Assembly: GCA_023248155.1 (NCBI GenBank)
Contig: JAHFFE010000002.1
Span: 42,263-106,262, forward strand
Direction of reading: 5' to 3'
Length of the DNA: 64,000 nucleotides
Origin: Candidatus Omnitrophota bacterium
GTDB lineage: Bacteria; Omnitrophota; Gorgyraeia; 1-14-0-20-64-10
Under the pieces are notes generated by a model, which saw only the letters and a list, made by a program, of their open reading frames with translations, was not told where the DNA came from and made no database searches. The position numbers and the translations under genes are program-made. Shown here piece by piece: positions 30,154 to 39,960 of the stretch; the stretch's first letter is position 1, and each line of letters starts with the position of its first letter.

Positions 30154-31274
30154 ACGAGTCGCCATTTGCCGTCAATCCGTTTTCGCGGGAAATCCGCGTT
30201 TTGCTGATCGAAAACGACCTGGCTGAAGTCCGCCGATTTAAAGAAGTACTCTCCGAGGCGGGAGAGAAATTATTTCCGGTCACCTGGGCCGATCGTATGG
30301 CCGAGGGTTTGAGCCGTATTTCGGGAGATTCCGTTGATCTGATCGCGCTTGGGCTTTCTCTGCCTGACTCGTCAGGAGCGGATCTGTTCGCGCGCGTCCA
30401 CGCGCAGGCGTCGCATCTGCCGATCGTGCTGCTGGTATCGGCCGCGCAGGAAACAGAAGCCCAGCAGGCCGTTCTGGCTGGCGCACAGGATTATCTAATC
30501 AGGGGAAAATGGGAATCGTCGGTTCTTCCGCGCGTATTGCGTTACGCGGTGGAGCGCAAAGCGGTCGAGCGGATGAAAGACGAATTCGTCAGCAGTGTTT
30601 CGCACGAATTGCGCACGCCGCTGGCGATCGTCAAGGAAGGCGTCAGCCTGGTTCTCGACGGAGTTTCCGGTCCGCTTACCGCCGACCAGGATAAAATCCT
30701 GAAAGTCGCCCAGGACAACATCGACCGGCTCGCGCGTATTATCGAGAACCTGCTGGATGTTTCGGAACTGGACCGCGGCCGCATGAAGCTGAAGATTCAG
30801 CCGATCGATATTTTTGATCTGATCCGAAAAAAAGCCGAACAGCTGGCGCCAAAAATCCGCGAGAAGGGCATCGAATTTTCAGTGCAGATCCCTTCTGAAA
30901 AAAAGATGATGGAAGCCGATCCGATCCGCGTCGAACAAATATTAACCAGCCTTTTGGGCAATGCGTTGAAATTCACACGTAAAGGTTCCATCGTGCTGTC
31001 GGTGACCGAAGAACCGGACCGTTTAATCTGCCAAATATCCGATACCGGCATCGGCATTGCGCGCGAAGATCTGCCTAAAATTTTCCGCCGGTTCCAGCAG
31101 TTTGGGCGCAAAGACGGCCCCGGCGAGCAGGGGACCGGGCTGGGACTGTGGCTTTCGCAGCAGTTTATCGAGCTTCATGGAGGATCGGTCTGGGTTGAGA
31201 GCGAACAGGGCCGCGGCACGCGCGTTTTCTTTTCGCTTCCGAAGCCGGTTGTTCCGGCGGTAGAACCGGCATGA
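30150..31274 (+). CDS. Hybrid receiver-histidine kinase (REC + HisKA + HATPase_c)
   Basis: N-terminal receiver (VLLIENDLAE…DLIALGLSLPDS…), then H-box VSHELRTPLA and DTGIGI/GTGLGL boxes. Confidence 0.8.
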   Translation: MNESPFAVNPFSREIRVLLIENDLAEVRRFKEVLSEAGEKLFPVTWADRMAEGLSRISGDSVDLIALGLSLPDSSGADLFARVHAQASHLPIVLLVSAAQETEAQQAVLAGAQDYLIRGKWESSVLPRVLRYAVERKAVERMKDEFVSSVSHELRTPLAIVKEGVSLVLDGVSGPLTADQDKILKVAQDNIDRLARIIENLLDVSELDRGRMKLKIQPIDIFDLIRKKAEQLAPKIREKGIEFSVQIPSEKKMMEADPIRVEQILTSLLGNALKFTRKGSIVLSVTEEPDRLICQISDTGIGIAREDLPKIFRRFQQFGRKDGPGEQGTGLGLWLSQQFIELHGGSVWVESEQGRGTRVFFSLPKPVVPAVEPA

Positions 31275-31663
31275 AAATCCGTCGGAATGCCGGTGGTTTT
31301 ACGCTGCTCGAGATGCTGATCGCGCTGGGCATTTTAATGACGGGTGTTCTTGCGACGGTCTACCTGGTAAGCCGCGGCATTGCCGCGACGAATGATACCG
31401 AGTCCACCGAGCAGGCGCTGGCATTGGCGCAGCAGCGGATGGAAGCGCTTCGCTCGGGCGCTTATGCCGCGATTGTCAACGAACCGCGTGCCGCCGTGGC
31501 CGGCTGGGTTAATTTCGACCGCCAGGTGGTTGTAGCACAGCCGGCCGGTACCGGTGTGAGCAATCAGATTCGCCAGGTCACCGTTACGGTATTTTGGCCG
31601 ACGACCGGCGGCGAGCAGAACCTGACATTAACCACCTATGTCTGCAATGTCGTCAATAACTAG
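31271..31663 (+). CDS. Minor pseudopilin (prepilin-type N-terminal domain)
   Basis: GGFTLLEMLIALGILMTGVL. Confidence 0.75.
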   Translation: MKIRRNAGGFTLLEMLIALGILMTGVLATVYLVSRGIAATNDTESTEQALALAQQRMEALRSGAYAAIVNEPRAAVAGWVNFDRQVVVAQPAGTGVSNQIRQVTVTVFWPTTGGEQNLTLTTYVCNVVNN

Positions 31664-32180
31664 GCGGTCGCGCGGCGTCAGTCTGCTTGAATTGATTTTG
31701 GCGGTTGGTCTTTTTTCTGTACTGCTGATTGCGCTGTTCGGTGTTTACCGGATCATTTTTATCTCGACCACGTCGGTTCAGGACCGGATGCAGCTGCAGC
31801 GGAGCGCCGAGCATGGCCTTGAAAAAGCGATCCGCGATTTGCGTACCGCGGTGGCGCTGCAGAACGATCCGAGCAACGCGATCCGGTACACGCTTCAACA
31901 GGGCGCTGCGCAGAATTCGTTTATTTTATATCTCTACAACGCGGCCGACCCGTTTCTGCCGCCTTACACGCAGCCGACGTATGAACTTCGGCAGGCGCCC
32001 GTCGCCGGCGCGATTGGCGGCGCGTTTGTGTATGGCGCCGGCACGCTGTTGGTGCGCGATGTTCAGCCGCCGCCGGCATCGGTTATTCAGGTTGCCGGAA
32101 CATTGGCAACGCTGGATCTCAGCGTGACGCGGGGAAACGAAACTTACCGTCTGGTTAAACAGGTCAGGCGCAGAAGTTGA
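31638..32180 (+). CDS. Minor pseudopilin (prepilin-type N-terminal domain)
   Basis: RGVSLLELILAVGLFSVLLIAL; overlaps the preceding gene. Confidence 0.65.
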   Translation: MSAMSSITRRSRGVSLLELILAVGLFSVLLIALFGVYRIIFISTTSVQDRMQLQRSAEHGLEKAIRDLRTAVALQNDPSNAIRYTLQQGAAQNSFILYLYNAADPFLPPYTQPTYELRQAPVAGAIGGAFVYGAGTLLVRDVQPPPASVIQVAGTLATLDLSVTRGNETYRLVKQVRRRS

Positions 32181-33073
32181 TGCGCGCCTCTGCGCAGCGC
32201 GGAGTGGCGCTGGTGATGGTGATGGCTTTTTTGATTCTGTTCGCGACGATGGCGACATTTTTTGTTTTCACGGCCTCTGTTTTCGTAAAGAACAGCGGCT
32301 GGGAGCAGGTGGACCACCAGGTATTCTGGATTGCGGAGGCCGGTTTGCAAAAAGCGATTTGGAATTTGAAAACGCCGGTTGCCAGCGGTGGGCGGGGTGA
32401 GCTCTGGACAACGGCTGGAACTCTGGAAAATTTGGCCAATGGGAACTATACGATGGTGGTTGAGGCCTGGGATTACGCACTTGCCGCCAATGGGGCCACT
32501 GCGGTGTCCGTACCACCCACTGTTGTCAATCCCGCTTCTAATGCGATTGATGGCAACGGCGCTACTTTCTGGGAGTCCAGTGGATCACCTGTAATCACTC
32601 AACAAGATTTAATCATCACACTGCCTTATGCGATTACCGTGAATCGGTTGCGGTTCTTAGCGTTTAGTACTCCAGCGTTTCCACAAAACTACATTCCGCG
32701 GGATTATAGTTGGGCTGTTTCCCCAGACAACGCGGTTTGGACGCCTGCTTTACCCGCGATTACCAACAACACCAGTGCTGACAGTGATCTTGCCGTTCCA
32801 CCGGCTTTAGCTGTGGGCGGGCCGGCGGATGTTTTTCCCGCTCAGACGAATGTGCGGTTTGTCCGTTTGCGGACGACGCGGGATGGTGTCGGGGCTCCCG
32901 CGCGCGCGCGTGTCATTGCTCTGGAGATCAACGGCCGGCGGATTACTTCCACGGGCCGGATTACGACCGGCGGGGTTACCATTGCCAGGACTGTCCGCCA
33001 AACGGTTGTCACCGACGACGCGCTTCCTCAAAATCAAGTGGCTTATTACCAGCCCGACTGGACGGAGCAGTAG
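32177..33073 (+). CDS. GspK/PilX-like minor pseudopilin carrying a discoidin (F5/8 type C)-like domain
   Basis: RGVALVMVMAFLILFATMA leader region. Central NAIDGNGATFWESSG…QDLIITL…YSWAVSPDNAVW matches the discoidin-domain pattern. Confidence 0.6.
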   Translation: MMRASAQRGVALVMVMAFLILFATMATFFVFTASVFVKNSGWEQVDHQVFWIAEAGLQKAIWNLKTPVASGGRGELWTTAGTLENLANGNYTMVVEAWDYALAANGATAVSVPPTVVNPASNAIDGNGATFWESSGSPVITQQDLIITLPYAITVNRLRFLAFSTPAFPQNYIPRDYSWAVSPDNAVWTPALPAITNNTSADSDLAVPPALAVGGPADVFPAQTNVRFVRLRTTRDGVGAPARARVIALEINGRRITSTGRITTGGVTIARTVRQTVVTDDALPQNQVAYYQPDWTEQ

Positions 33074-33075
33074 CG

Positions 33076-34653
33076 ATGGCCGAACGAATTTTAGCGCTTG
33101 ATCTGGGAACCGAATCGTTCAAACTGCTGACGGCTGAGGAGCAGGCTGGTTCATGGGTCATCACGCATCTGGGTTCCAAAGAGATTCCTCCCGGCGCCAA
33201 TGACGCGATTCGTCTGCAGGCCTTAAAAGAATTAATCGGCGAGATTCAGTTAAAACAATTCCGCACCGTCGTCAGCGTGCTGGACGATTCTTTTTCATCT
33301 GTGCGCCAGATTTACACGCCGCCGATACCGGCATCGGAACTGCTTTCAGCGGTCCGCTGGGAAATGCAGAATTTTCTGGCGATCCCTCCGGAAGAAACGG
33401 CGGTTGATTTAATTTCTTTGGGCACGGTTGATTTAGGCGGCGTTACCAAACAGAGGCATATCGCGGCGGCGGTCTCCGTCGAGGCGGTCCGCAATCATTG
33501 CGCGCTGCTGGCGTCGGCCGGCATTCGTCCGTCGCAACTGATCCCGAAAAATTTAGCGCTCGCTCTCTGCGCCGAAAAGCTACAGCCGTCTTCGGCCGAT
33601 CTGCCCCGCGTTATTTTGGATATCGGGTCGTCTTCGGCCGAATGCGTCGTGCAGGAAGGGCTGTGGCCGGTGTTTGCGCGCAGAATTCCCGGCGGATCGC
33701 AGGGGCTGACGCGCGAGATGAGCGGCATGATCGTTTCGGGCCAGGGGCAGGTGGCGCTTACGGCCGATGAAGCCGAACAGTTAAAACGCCGCGTCGGGAT
33801 CCCTTCAAGGGACGCCGGAGACCTGGGCGTCAAAGGGATTTCCGGCATGCAGCTTTTTTCGCTGATGCGCGCCTGGCTGGACCGCCTGGCCGTTGAAACC
33901 GAACGCTCGGTCACTTTTTATGGTGAGACTTCCGGCCGCAATGCCGTTGCCGAAATTATTCTGCTGGGCGGCGGCGCCCATCTGCGCGGATTGCCCGAAT
34001 GGCTCTCGGAACGGCTCGGGGTCCGCGTGAGCGTTCCGGCCGGATTAACGGGTGATCAGGCCGTTTTCGGAAAATTTCCGTCTGTCCGGGGCGTGGAATG
34101 CGCTTACGCGGCCGTTCTGGGTGCTGTTTACGGCGAAGGCAAAGGCCTGAATCTTTTACCGGCTGAAATACGCGAAAAAACAAAACGGACGGTTCAACGG
34201 ATGGCGGCCGCGGCGCTGGGCGCCGCTTTCGCGGTGGCGCTGATCGTCGGCGGCGTAGGCTTGCGATTGTATCAGCGTAATTTACGGGGACAGATCGCCG
34301 CGATGGAAATCGAAGCCGCTTCGACTAACCAGCGCTGGGCTGATTTAAAAGAATATTTGTCGGCCCGGAACCGCATTATCTCCGAACCGCGCTGGCGTGA
34401 TTTTTTAATGGAGTTAAGCCAAGCGACCCCCGCTCAAATAAAGCTCTCTTCGTTGACAGTGGATGAAACCCGCCAGGTCACGCTGCGCGGAGTTATTCAT
34501 GCCGGGCCGCGCTCCGTGCAAGATCTGATGGCCGATTATTTGCGCGTGCTGCATGGCCGCTCATTAACTCAGGTCGAATTGCGACGGACCCGCCGTACGG
34601 ATAATGATTCGGCTGAGGCGGAGTTTGAAATCGGAGGCCGCTTACTGCCATGA
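33076..34653 (+). CDS. PilM-PilN fusion protein (actin-like ATPase + bitopic N component)
   Basis: N-terminal ILALDLGTESFKLL (PilM/FtsA-like). Internal TM (AAAALGAAFAVALIVGGVGL) followed by a PilN-like coiled coil. Confidence 0.7.
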   Translation: MAERILALDLGTESFKLLTAEEQAGSWVITHLGSKEIPPGANDAIRLQALKELIGEIQLKQFRTVVSVLDDSFSSVRQIYTPPIPASELLSAVRWEMQNFLAIPPEETAVDLISLGTVDLGGVTKQRHIAAAVSVEAVRNHCALLASAGIRPSQLIPKNLALALCAEKLQPSSADLPRVILDIGSSSAECVVQEGLWPVFARRIPGGSQGLTREMSGMIVSGQGQVALTADEAEQLKRRVGIPSRDAGDLGVKGISGMQLFSLMRAWLDRLAVETERSVTFYGETSGRNAVAEIILLGGGAHLRGLPEWLSERLGVRVSVPAGLTGDQAVFGKFPSVRGVECAYAAVLGAVYGEGKGLNLLPAEIREKTKRTVQRMAAAALGAAFAVALIVGGVGLRLYQRNLRGQIAAMEIEAASTNQRWADLKEYLSARNRIISEPRWRDFLMELSQATPAQIKLSSLTVDETRQVTLRGVIHAGPRSVQDLMADYLRVLHGRSLTQVELRRTRRTDNDSAEAEFEIGGRLLP

Positions 34654-35159
34654 AACTTAAAAACCCGAAGCCGGCCGCCGCCGCGGGTCTTATTTTTTCC
34701 ATACTGATTCTGGTGATCGGTTATCTGCTGCCTGCGGCCGACATTCAGGCTCTATTGCGCCAGAAAAAACAGATTCAAATGACCGTGGATCAAGCAACTG
34801 ACGCCGTCCGTCCCGCGCGCGGTTCTGAATTCCGTGAACTGCCTTTACAAGAAGAAACTCCGGAGTTGTTTAAGCGTTTTTACCGGCTGGCTGAACGGCA
34901 CCGGGTTCGCGTGATGGAGTTCTCGCCGCGCATCGTTTTGCCCGGAACGGCCGATCAACCGGCCGTTCTTCCCATCGATATTCAGATGGAGGCCGCTTAT
35001 TCCGACGCGGGAGACTTTATCGGAAAGCTGACGACGGATCCGGAAATGGGGATTGTTTCCGTCCGCCGAATCGATATGGTTCCCGATGGCGAAAATAACG
35101 GACAGCTGCGGCTGTCCGTCGTGGTAGAGTTTTGTTTGAAAGCCGATAGCAATGCGTGA
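34650..35159 (+). CDS. PilO/GspM-like bitopic protein
   Basis: N-terminal TM, coiled coil, ferredoxin-like C-terminal part. Position directly after pilMN. Confidence 0.5.
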   Translation: MKLKNPKPAAAAGLIFSILILVIGYLLPAADIQALLRQKKQIQMTVDQATDAVRPARGSEFRELPLQEETPELFKRFYRLAERHRVRVMEFSPRIVLPGTADQPAVLPIDIQMEAAYSDAGDFIGKLTTDPEMGIVSVRRIDMVPDGENNGQLRLSVVVEFCLKADSNA

Positions 35160-35610
35160 TCCAAAACAAAAAATTATCCTGACGGTTTTAGGGATTGTGC
35201 TCGTCGTGGTTTGGACGCGGGCGTTCATGATGAAGCCGGTCTATCGCCATAATCCGCCGCCGGTTTCTTTTCATGCCTCCGGCAGGGTTGTTGCGCCCCG
35301 GCCTTTAGCCAAAGAATCGCCGGATGAAGAACCGCCTGTCCTGAGATGGAAACGTGATCCGTTCGCTGTTTCCGAGATAGTACTGTCTTCCGGGCCGGAG
35401 AAATCAACTTTGTCGTCGGGGGCCAATGCAAAGCCGGCCGCCCCTCTGCGCCTGGAGGGGATTTTATGGGATGCCCGCAAACCGGCCGCGCTGATTAATG
35501 ACACGCTGGTTGAGGTCGGTTCTTCCGTGGGCGGCTGGAAAGTGGTTGAAATCAGGGAAGACCGCGTGAGTCTTTCCGATGGACAATCCACCCAAACTCT
35601 TGAAATCTAG
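35152..35610 (+). CDS. PilP/GspC-like protein
   Basis: N-terminal TM, Pro-rich linker. C-terminal LRLEGILWDARKPAALINDTLVEVGSSVGGWKVVEIREDRVSL matches the PilP/GspC HR-domain pattern. Confidence 0.5.
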   Translation: MRDPKQKIILTVLGIVLVVVWTRAFMMKPVYRHNPPPVSFHASGRVVAPRPLAKESPDEEPPVLRWKRDPFAVSEIVLSSGPEKSTLSSGANAKPAAPLRLEGILWDARKPAALINDTLVEVGSSVGGWKVVEIREDRVSLSDGQSTQTLEI

Positions 35611-36133
35611 CCGCCATCCCTTTTTTTGTTTGGCTGCTTTTCTGGTTTTCACGCAGATTGTTTTGTTTTCCGGAACGTGCGCGCGTGCCGCCGATGTTCC
35701 GTGGACGCTTCAGGAGCTGTCTGCCTATTACCGCGGTCCCGATCAAATCGCCCAATTTCTCAGAAAAAAAATCGTGCTGGTTTCCGACAGGCAATTGTTC
35801 GGCTGCGACGATTACTGGCAGTCTCCGGCCGAAACATTGCGAAGCGGAAAAGGCGATTGCGAAGATTACGCGTTGTTGGCCGAAGCGCTGTTGCGCCGGC
35901 AGAAAATTCCGGCCTGGGTTTTTTCGGTCTACGGCCCGGGCGGGTACGCGCATACGGTCTGCGCGTTTAAACAAAATGGCCGATACAATGTCATCAATGT
36001 GGATCAACTGATTTCGTATCAGGCCGAGTCCTTTAAAGAACTTGCCGGGAAGCTTCATCCTCGATGGGAATGGGCCGCGGTGGCCCGAAGAGCCGGTCAC
36101 CGCGGCAAAGCACTGCGCCGGATTACTCCGTAA
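35579..36133 (+). CDS. Secreted transglutaminase-like cysteine protease
   Basis: Signal peptide. [16 protein letters not shown]…YAHTVCAF…NVD gives the Cys-His-Asp transglutaminase-like core. Last gene of the pilus cluster. Confidence 0.65.
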   Translation: MDNPPKLLKSSRHPFFCLAAFLVFTQIVLFSGTCARAADVPWTLQELSAYYRGPDQIAQFLRKKIVLVSDRQLFGCDDYWQSPAETLRSGKGDCEDYALLAEALLRRQKIPAWVFSVYGPGGYAHTVCAFKQNGRYNVINVDQLISYQAESFKELAGKLHPRWEWAAVARRAGHRGKALRRITP

Positions 36134-36665
36134 TTGTCACTTTCTCCATCTTGATTTCGGAAAGCGGCCGGTCGCCCGAATCTCGGGGGGCATTGGCGAT
36201 CGCATCGGCCACAGACTGGCCTTCGATGACCTTACCGAAAATCGCATGCTTGCCGTCCAGCCAGGGGGTGGGAGCTACCGTGATGAAAAACTGGCTTCCA
36301 TTCGTGTTCGGTCCGGCGTTGGCCATTGAAAGCATGCCGGCAGAGGTGTGCTTGAGCCCCGGCCCGAATTCGTCCGGAAAGCTGTATCCGGGGCCGCCCC
36401 GGCCGGTTCCGGCCGGGTCTCCGGTCTGGATCATGAAACCGGGGATAACTCGGTGAAAGATGATTCCATTATAGAAACCTTTATTGGCCAGCGTCACGAA
36501 ATTCCCGACTGTTTTGGGCGCTTTGTCCTTGTACAGCTCTACGACAATCTTGCCTTTTGTCGTTTCGATCGTTGCTTTGGGATTTGCGGGTGCTGCGTTG
36601 GCATTCGACATCAGAAAAAATCCTCCGGTGAATAATAGACTAATGATTAGGATAAATTTTCGCAT
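36123..36665 (-). CDS. ppiB: Secreted cyclophilin-type peptidyl-prolyl cis-trans isomerase
   Basis: Start at ATG 36665 ([24 protein letters not shown] signal peptide). [15 protein letters not shown] and GSQFFIT cyclophilin signatures. Confidence 0.85.
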   Translation of the reverse strand: MRKFILIISLLFTGGFFLMSNANAAPANPKATIETTKGKIVVELYKDKAPKTVGNFVTLANKGFYNGIIFHRVIPGFMIQTGDPAGTGRGGPGYSFPDEFGPGLKHTSAGMLSMANAGPNTNGSQFFITVAPTPWLDGKHAIFGKVIEGQSVADAIANAPRDSGDRPLSEIKMEKVTITE

Positions 36666-36684
36666 GAGAGACCCCTGTTGGAAA

Positions 36685-36722
36685 TCTAAAAAACCTGTCA
36701 TGCCGAGATCGTTTCTGCTCGG
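36685..36722 (-). terminator. Probable intrinsic terminator after nrdJ
   Basis: Minus strand: gccgagcagaaacgatctcggc hairpin followed by a T-run (ttttttag) about 10 nt downstream. Confidence 0.35.
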
Positions 36723-36748
36723 CATCTTACACGCCTAATACCAGGTTT

Positions 36749-39544
36749 TTACGAACAGCCGGATGTTTCGCCGCAGTTGAAGCACTTGTAGCAGCTTCCC
36801 GAGCGAACCATCATCGATCCGCAGCTATGACAGGGCGGGGCATCCACCTGGCCCTGGAACCCTTGCCGGGTTGTGGGCGTTATGGTGGAGGTGGTCCCGT
36901 CCGTTGATGCCGGCTGCGTGATATCCGCCTGCTTGGCGGCCAGGTCAGTCACCGTTGCCGGGGCTTGCGGCTGCTCTGCAGTCGGCAGAAACTTTAACGC
37001 CAGCCACCGGAACACATAGTCGAGAATCGACTGCGCGAACCGGATCTGCGGGTTGGAAGTGATGCCGGCCGGCTCGAACCGCATATGGGTGAATTTCTTC
37101 ACCAGCGCTTCCAGCGGCACGCCGTACTGCAGCGCCAGCGAGATCGCCGTCGCGAAGGCGTCCAGAAGTCCCGAGATCACGGTGCCTTCCTTGGACATCA
37201 CGATGAAAATCTCACCCGGCTTGCCGTCTTCGTACAGGCCGACCGTTAAATAGCCGTCATGGCCAGCGATCGAAAACTTGTGCGTGAACGCCTGACGCTC
37301 ATCCGGCAGGTACTTGCGTTTCGCGCGCGTCTTGATTTGCGCGGCGATTTCCCGCGAGATCGCTTCACCGGTTTCTGATTTTTCGCTCTTCTCTTCTTTT
37401 CCGGCCGAGAGCGGCTGAACTTTCTTGGATCCGTCACGGTAGATCGCCACCGCTTTTACGCCCAGTTTCCACGATTCGATGTAGGTCTGCATAATCTCAT
37501 CAATCGTGATGTCGGTGGGAACGTTGACCGTCTTGGAGATGGCGCCGCTGATAAACGGCTGAACGGCTCCCATCATCCGGACATGGCCCATGTAATGGAT
37601 ATACCGCGTCCCTTTCATTGATTTGAACGCGCAGTCGAAGACCGCCAGGTGCTCGTCTTTGAGCCCGGGCGCTCCCTCGATGGTTTCTTCCTTGTCGAGG
37701 TGCTGACAGATCGCGGTAACCTCGTCCTCGGAATAGCCCAGCCGTGAAAGCGCTTTCGGAACGGTCTGGTTCACAATTTTCATCAACCCGCCGCCAACCA
37801 GCTTCTTGTATTTGATCAGCGCGATGTCAGGCTCCACGCCGGTCGTATCGCAGTCCATCATGAACCCGATCGTTCCGGTCGGCGCCAGCACTGACATCTG
37901 GGAATTGCGCACGCCCTGGGCCGTGCCCAGCTTGAGAGCTTCGTCCCAGGACTGCTGTGCGGCGCTGAACATTGCCTCGGGAACCAGGCGGTCATCGACG
38001 GCCACCAGCGCGTCGCGGTGCATTCGGATTACTTTCAACTGCGCGTCGCGGTTGGCGGCAAATCCGGCGTACGGACCTTTAACTCCGGCGATTTCCGCCG
38101 AGGTCCGGTACGCTTCGCCGCACATCAGCGCGGTGATCGCCGCGGCGTAGGCGCGGCCTTTGTCGGAATCATAAGGAACACCCAGCGACATCAGCAAAGC
38201 GCCCAGGTTTGCATAACCCAGACCCAGTTCGCGGAACGCGCGGGCATTCTCGCCGATCTTCTGCGTCGGGTAGGAAGAATTGTCCACGACGATATCCATT
38301 GCCGTTGAAATCGTCCGGACCGCCGACTTGAAATCTGACACATGAAAATGTCCGGCCTCGTCGACGAATTTCATCAGGTTCAGACTGGCCAGGTTGCAGG
38401 CGCTGTCGTCGAGGTGCATATATTCGGAGCAGGGGTTGCTGGCATTAATTCGCCCGCTGTTGGGGCAGGTGTGCCATTTGTTGATGGTCGTATCGAACTG
38501 CATGCCCGGGTCGCCGCAATGCCAGGTCGCTTCCGCGATGGAGTAGAGCAGATCGCGTGCCTGAACGGTATGCACCGGTTTGCGGTCGGCCGTGCCGAGA
38601 AGATCCCATGCTTTATTGTCGGCGGCGGCCTGCATGAACTCGTCGGTCGCACGGACCGAATTGTTCGCGTTCTGAAAGTAAACGCTGCCGTAGGCTTCTC
38701 CGTCGATGGCGGAGTCATAACCGGCTTCAACCAATGCCCAGGCCTTGCGTTCTTCGTCCCACTTGCAGCGGATAAATCGCTCGATGTCCGGATGATCCGA
38801 ATTCAGAACCACCATTTTCGCGGCGCGCCGGGTTTTACCGCCCGACTTGATCACGCCGGCGGATGCATCGGCGGCCCGCATGAACGAAACCGGTCCGGAA
38901 GCGGTTCCGCCGCCGGCCAATCGTTCCTTGCTGCCGCGGATCGGGGAAAGGTTCACGCCCGATCCGGACCCGTACTTGAAAATCATTCCTTCGGTCTTGT
39001 ACCAGTCGAGGATCGACTCCATCGTGTCTTTGACCGACAGGATGAAGCAGGCCGAGCATTGCGGCTTGGCTTCGATTCCAACATTGAACCAGACCGGGGA
39101 GTTGAACGCGACGCGCTGCATGACCAGCATATGCGTCAATTCCGCGCGGAACGATTCAGCATCTTCGGCGCTGGCGAAATAGCCGTCTTTGATGCCCCAC
39201 TCGGTGATGGTGTTGGCGACGCGATTGATCAGCTGTCGAACCGACGATTCGCGCTGCGGGGTTCCCAACTGGCCGCGGAAATATTTGGAGACCACCACAT
39301 TGGTGGCCGTCTGCGACCAGAAGATAGGCATTTCCACCTGCTTCTGCTCAAAGACAACCTCGCCATGCTCATTGGTGATTGAGGCGGCGCGGAACTCCCA
39401 CGAAATCTCATCGTAGGGGTGCGTCCCGGCTGTAGTGAAATACCGCGGAATCTCCAAACCTTTCAAAGACGCATTACTCTTGGCTTGTCCTCGTGTGGTC
39501 ATCGATTTGGCGGAAGCCTCTCCCAAGGCGGAATCGTTCGACAT
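36749..39544 (-). CDS. nrdJ: Class II (adenosylcobalamin-dependent) ribonucleotide reductase NrdJ with C-terminal zinc ribbon
   Basis: About 930 aa. Conserved NrdJ blocks (…VMQRVAFNSPVWFN…, NPCSEYMHLDDSACNLASLNL). C-terminal CHSCGSMMVRSGSCYKCFNCGETSG. Start taken at ATG 39544 (MSNDSALGEAS…); ATG 39604 is the alternative. Confidence 0.9.
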   Translation of the reverse strand: MSNDSALGEASAKSMTTRGQAKSNASLKGLEIPRYFTTAGTHPYDEISWEFRAASITNEHGEVVFEQKQVEMPIFWSQTATNVVVSKYFRGQLGTPQRESSVRQLINRVANTITEWGIKDGYFASAEDAESFRAELTHMLVMQRVAFNSPVWFNVGIEAKPQCSACFILSVKDTMESILDWYKTEGMIFKYGSGSGVNLSPIRGSKERLAGGGTASGPVSFMRAADASAGVIKSGGKTRRAAKMVVLNSDHPDIERFIRCKWDEERKAWALVEAGYDSAIDGEAYGSVYFQNANNSVRATDEFMQAAADNKAWDLLGTADRKPVHTVQARDLLYSIAEATWHCGDPGMQFDTTINKWHTCPNSGRINASNPCSEYMHLDDSACNLASLNLMKFVDEAGHFHVSDFKSAVRTISTAMDIVVDNSSYPTQKIGENARAFRELGLGYANLGALLMSLGVPYDSDKGRAYAAAITALMCGEAYRTSAEIAGVKGPYAGFAANRDAQLKVIRMHRDALVAVDDRLVPEAMFSAAQQSWDEALKLGTAQGVRNSQMSVLAPTGTIGFMMDCDTTGVEPDIALIKYKKLVGGGLMKIVNQTVPKALSRLGYSEDEVTAICQHLDKEETIEGAPGLKDEHLAVFDCAFKSMKGTRYIHYMGHVRMMGAVQPFISGAISKTVNVPTDITIDEIMQTYIESWKLGVKAVAIYRDGSKKVQPLSAGKEEKSEKSETGEAISREIAAQIKTRAKRKYLPDERQAFTHKFSIAGHDGYLTVGLYEDGKPGEIFIVMSKEGTVISGLLDAFATAISLALQYGVPLEALVKKFTHMRFEPAGITSNPQIRFAQSILDYVFRWLALKFLPTAEQPQAPATVTDLAAKQADITQPASTDGTTSTITPTTRQGFQGQVDAPPCHSCGSMMVRSGSCYKCFNCGETSGCS

Positions 39545-39960
39545 GAAAGCTCTCCAAAATAGATTACCTGATGCAAGGGAGAAAATAAACCCTTGGACAG
39601 GCAATCAAAAAAGTTGTTGTTTCAAACTGCTCATACTGCCGCTTGCCCTGCAGCGTTTGCGGTGGGAGGGAATCCCCTTCGGGGAGTATGGGGATGAAGC
39701 CCTATTCATTCCGTACAATTGGTGCTTTTTGCTGAACAGAACCTAGTCTGCCTTCTCACTTAGGCCGACGAGGCCCTCTCAACTGCACCCACCCCCCTCC
39801 ACAACATCTTGCGGGCAGAGATTGTTTTACCGCAATATGTGGCGCTTTGTCAAGTCTAAAAGCAGAAAAAATTTCAACAATCAACTATTGTATATATTAA
39901 CAAATCGTTTCCGTCGGGGGGTATCGTTTGGGCGCACAATTCATGCTATAATCGGTTTTA

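Noticed and set aside
39545-39800. Possible cobalamin riboswitch in the nrdJ 5' region (aatagggc…ggggattccc…ccgcaaacgctg on the minus strand)
   Set aside because: Only scattered resemblance to the riboswitch core. No recognisable B12 box (…AGYCMGgAgaCCkGCc…). B12 riboswitches normally control class I nrd or B12 uptake and synthesis genes, not nrdJ. Needs a covariance-model scan before any claim.
39820-39905. NrdR-box-like AT-rich palindromes (ccgcaatatgtggcg; caactattgtatatattaac) between nrdJ and the DUF1802 gene
   Set aside because: Imperfect dyad symmetry, and the spacing between the two candidates is about 55 bp, not the typical about 31-32 bp. Could equally be generic promoter AT-tracts.
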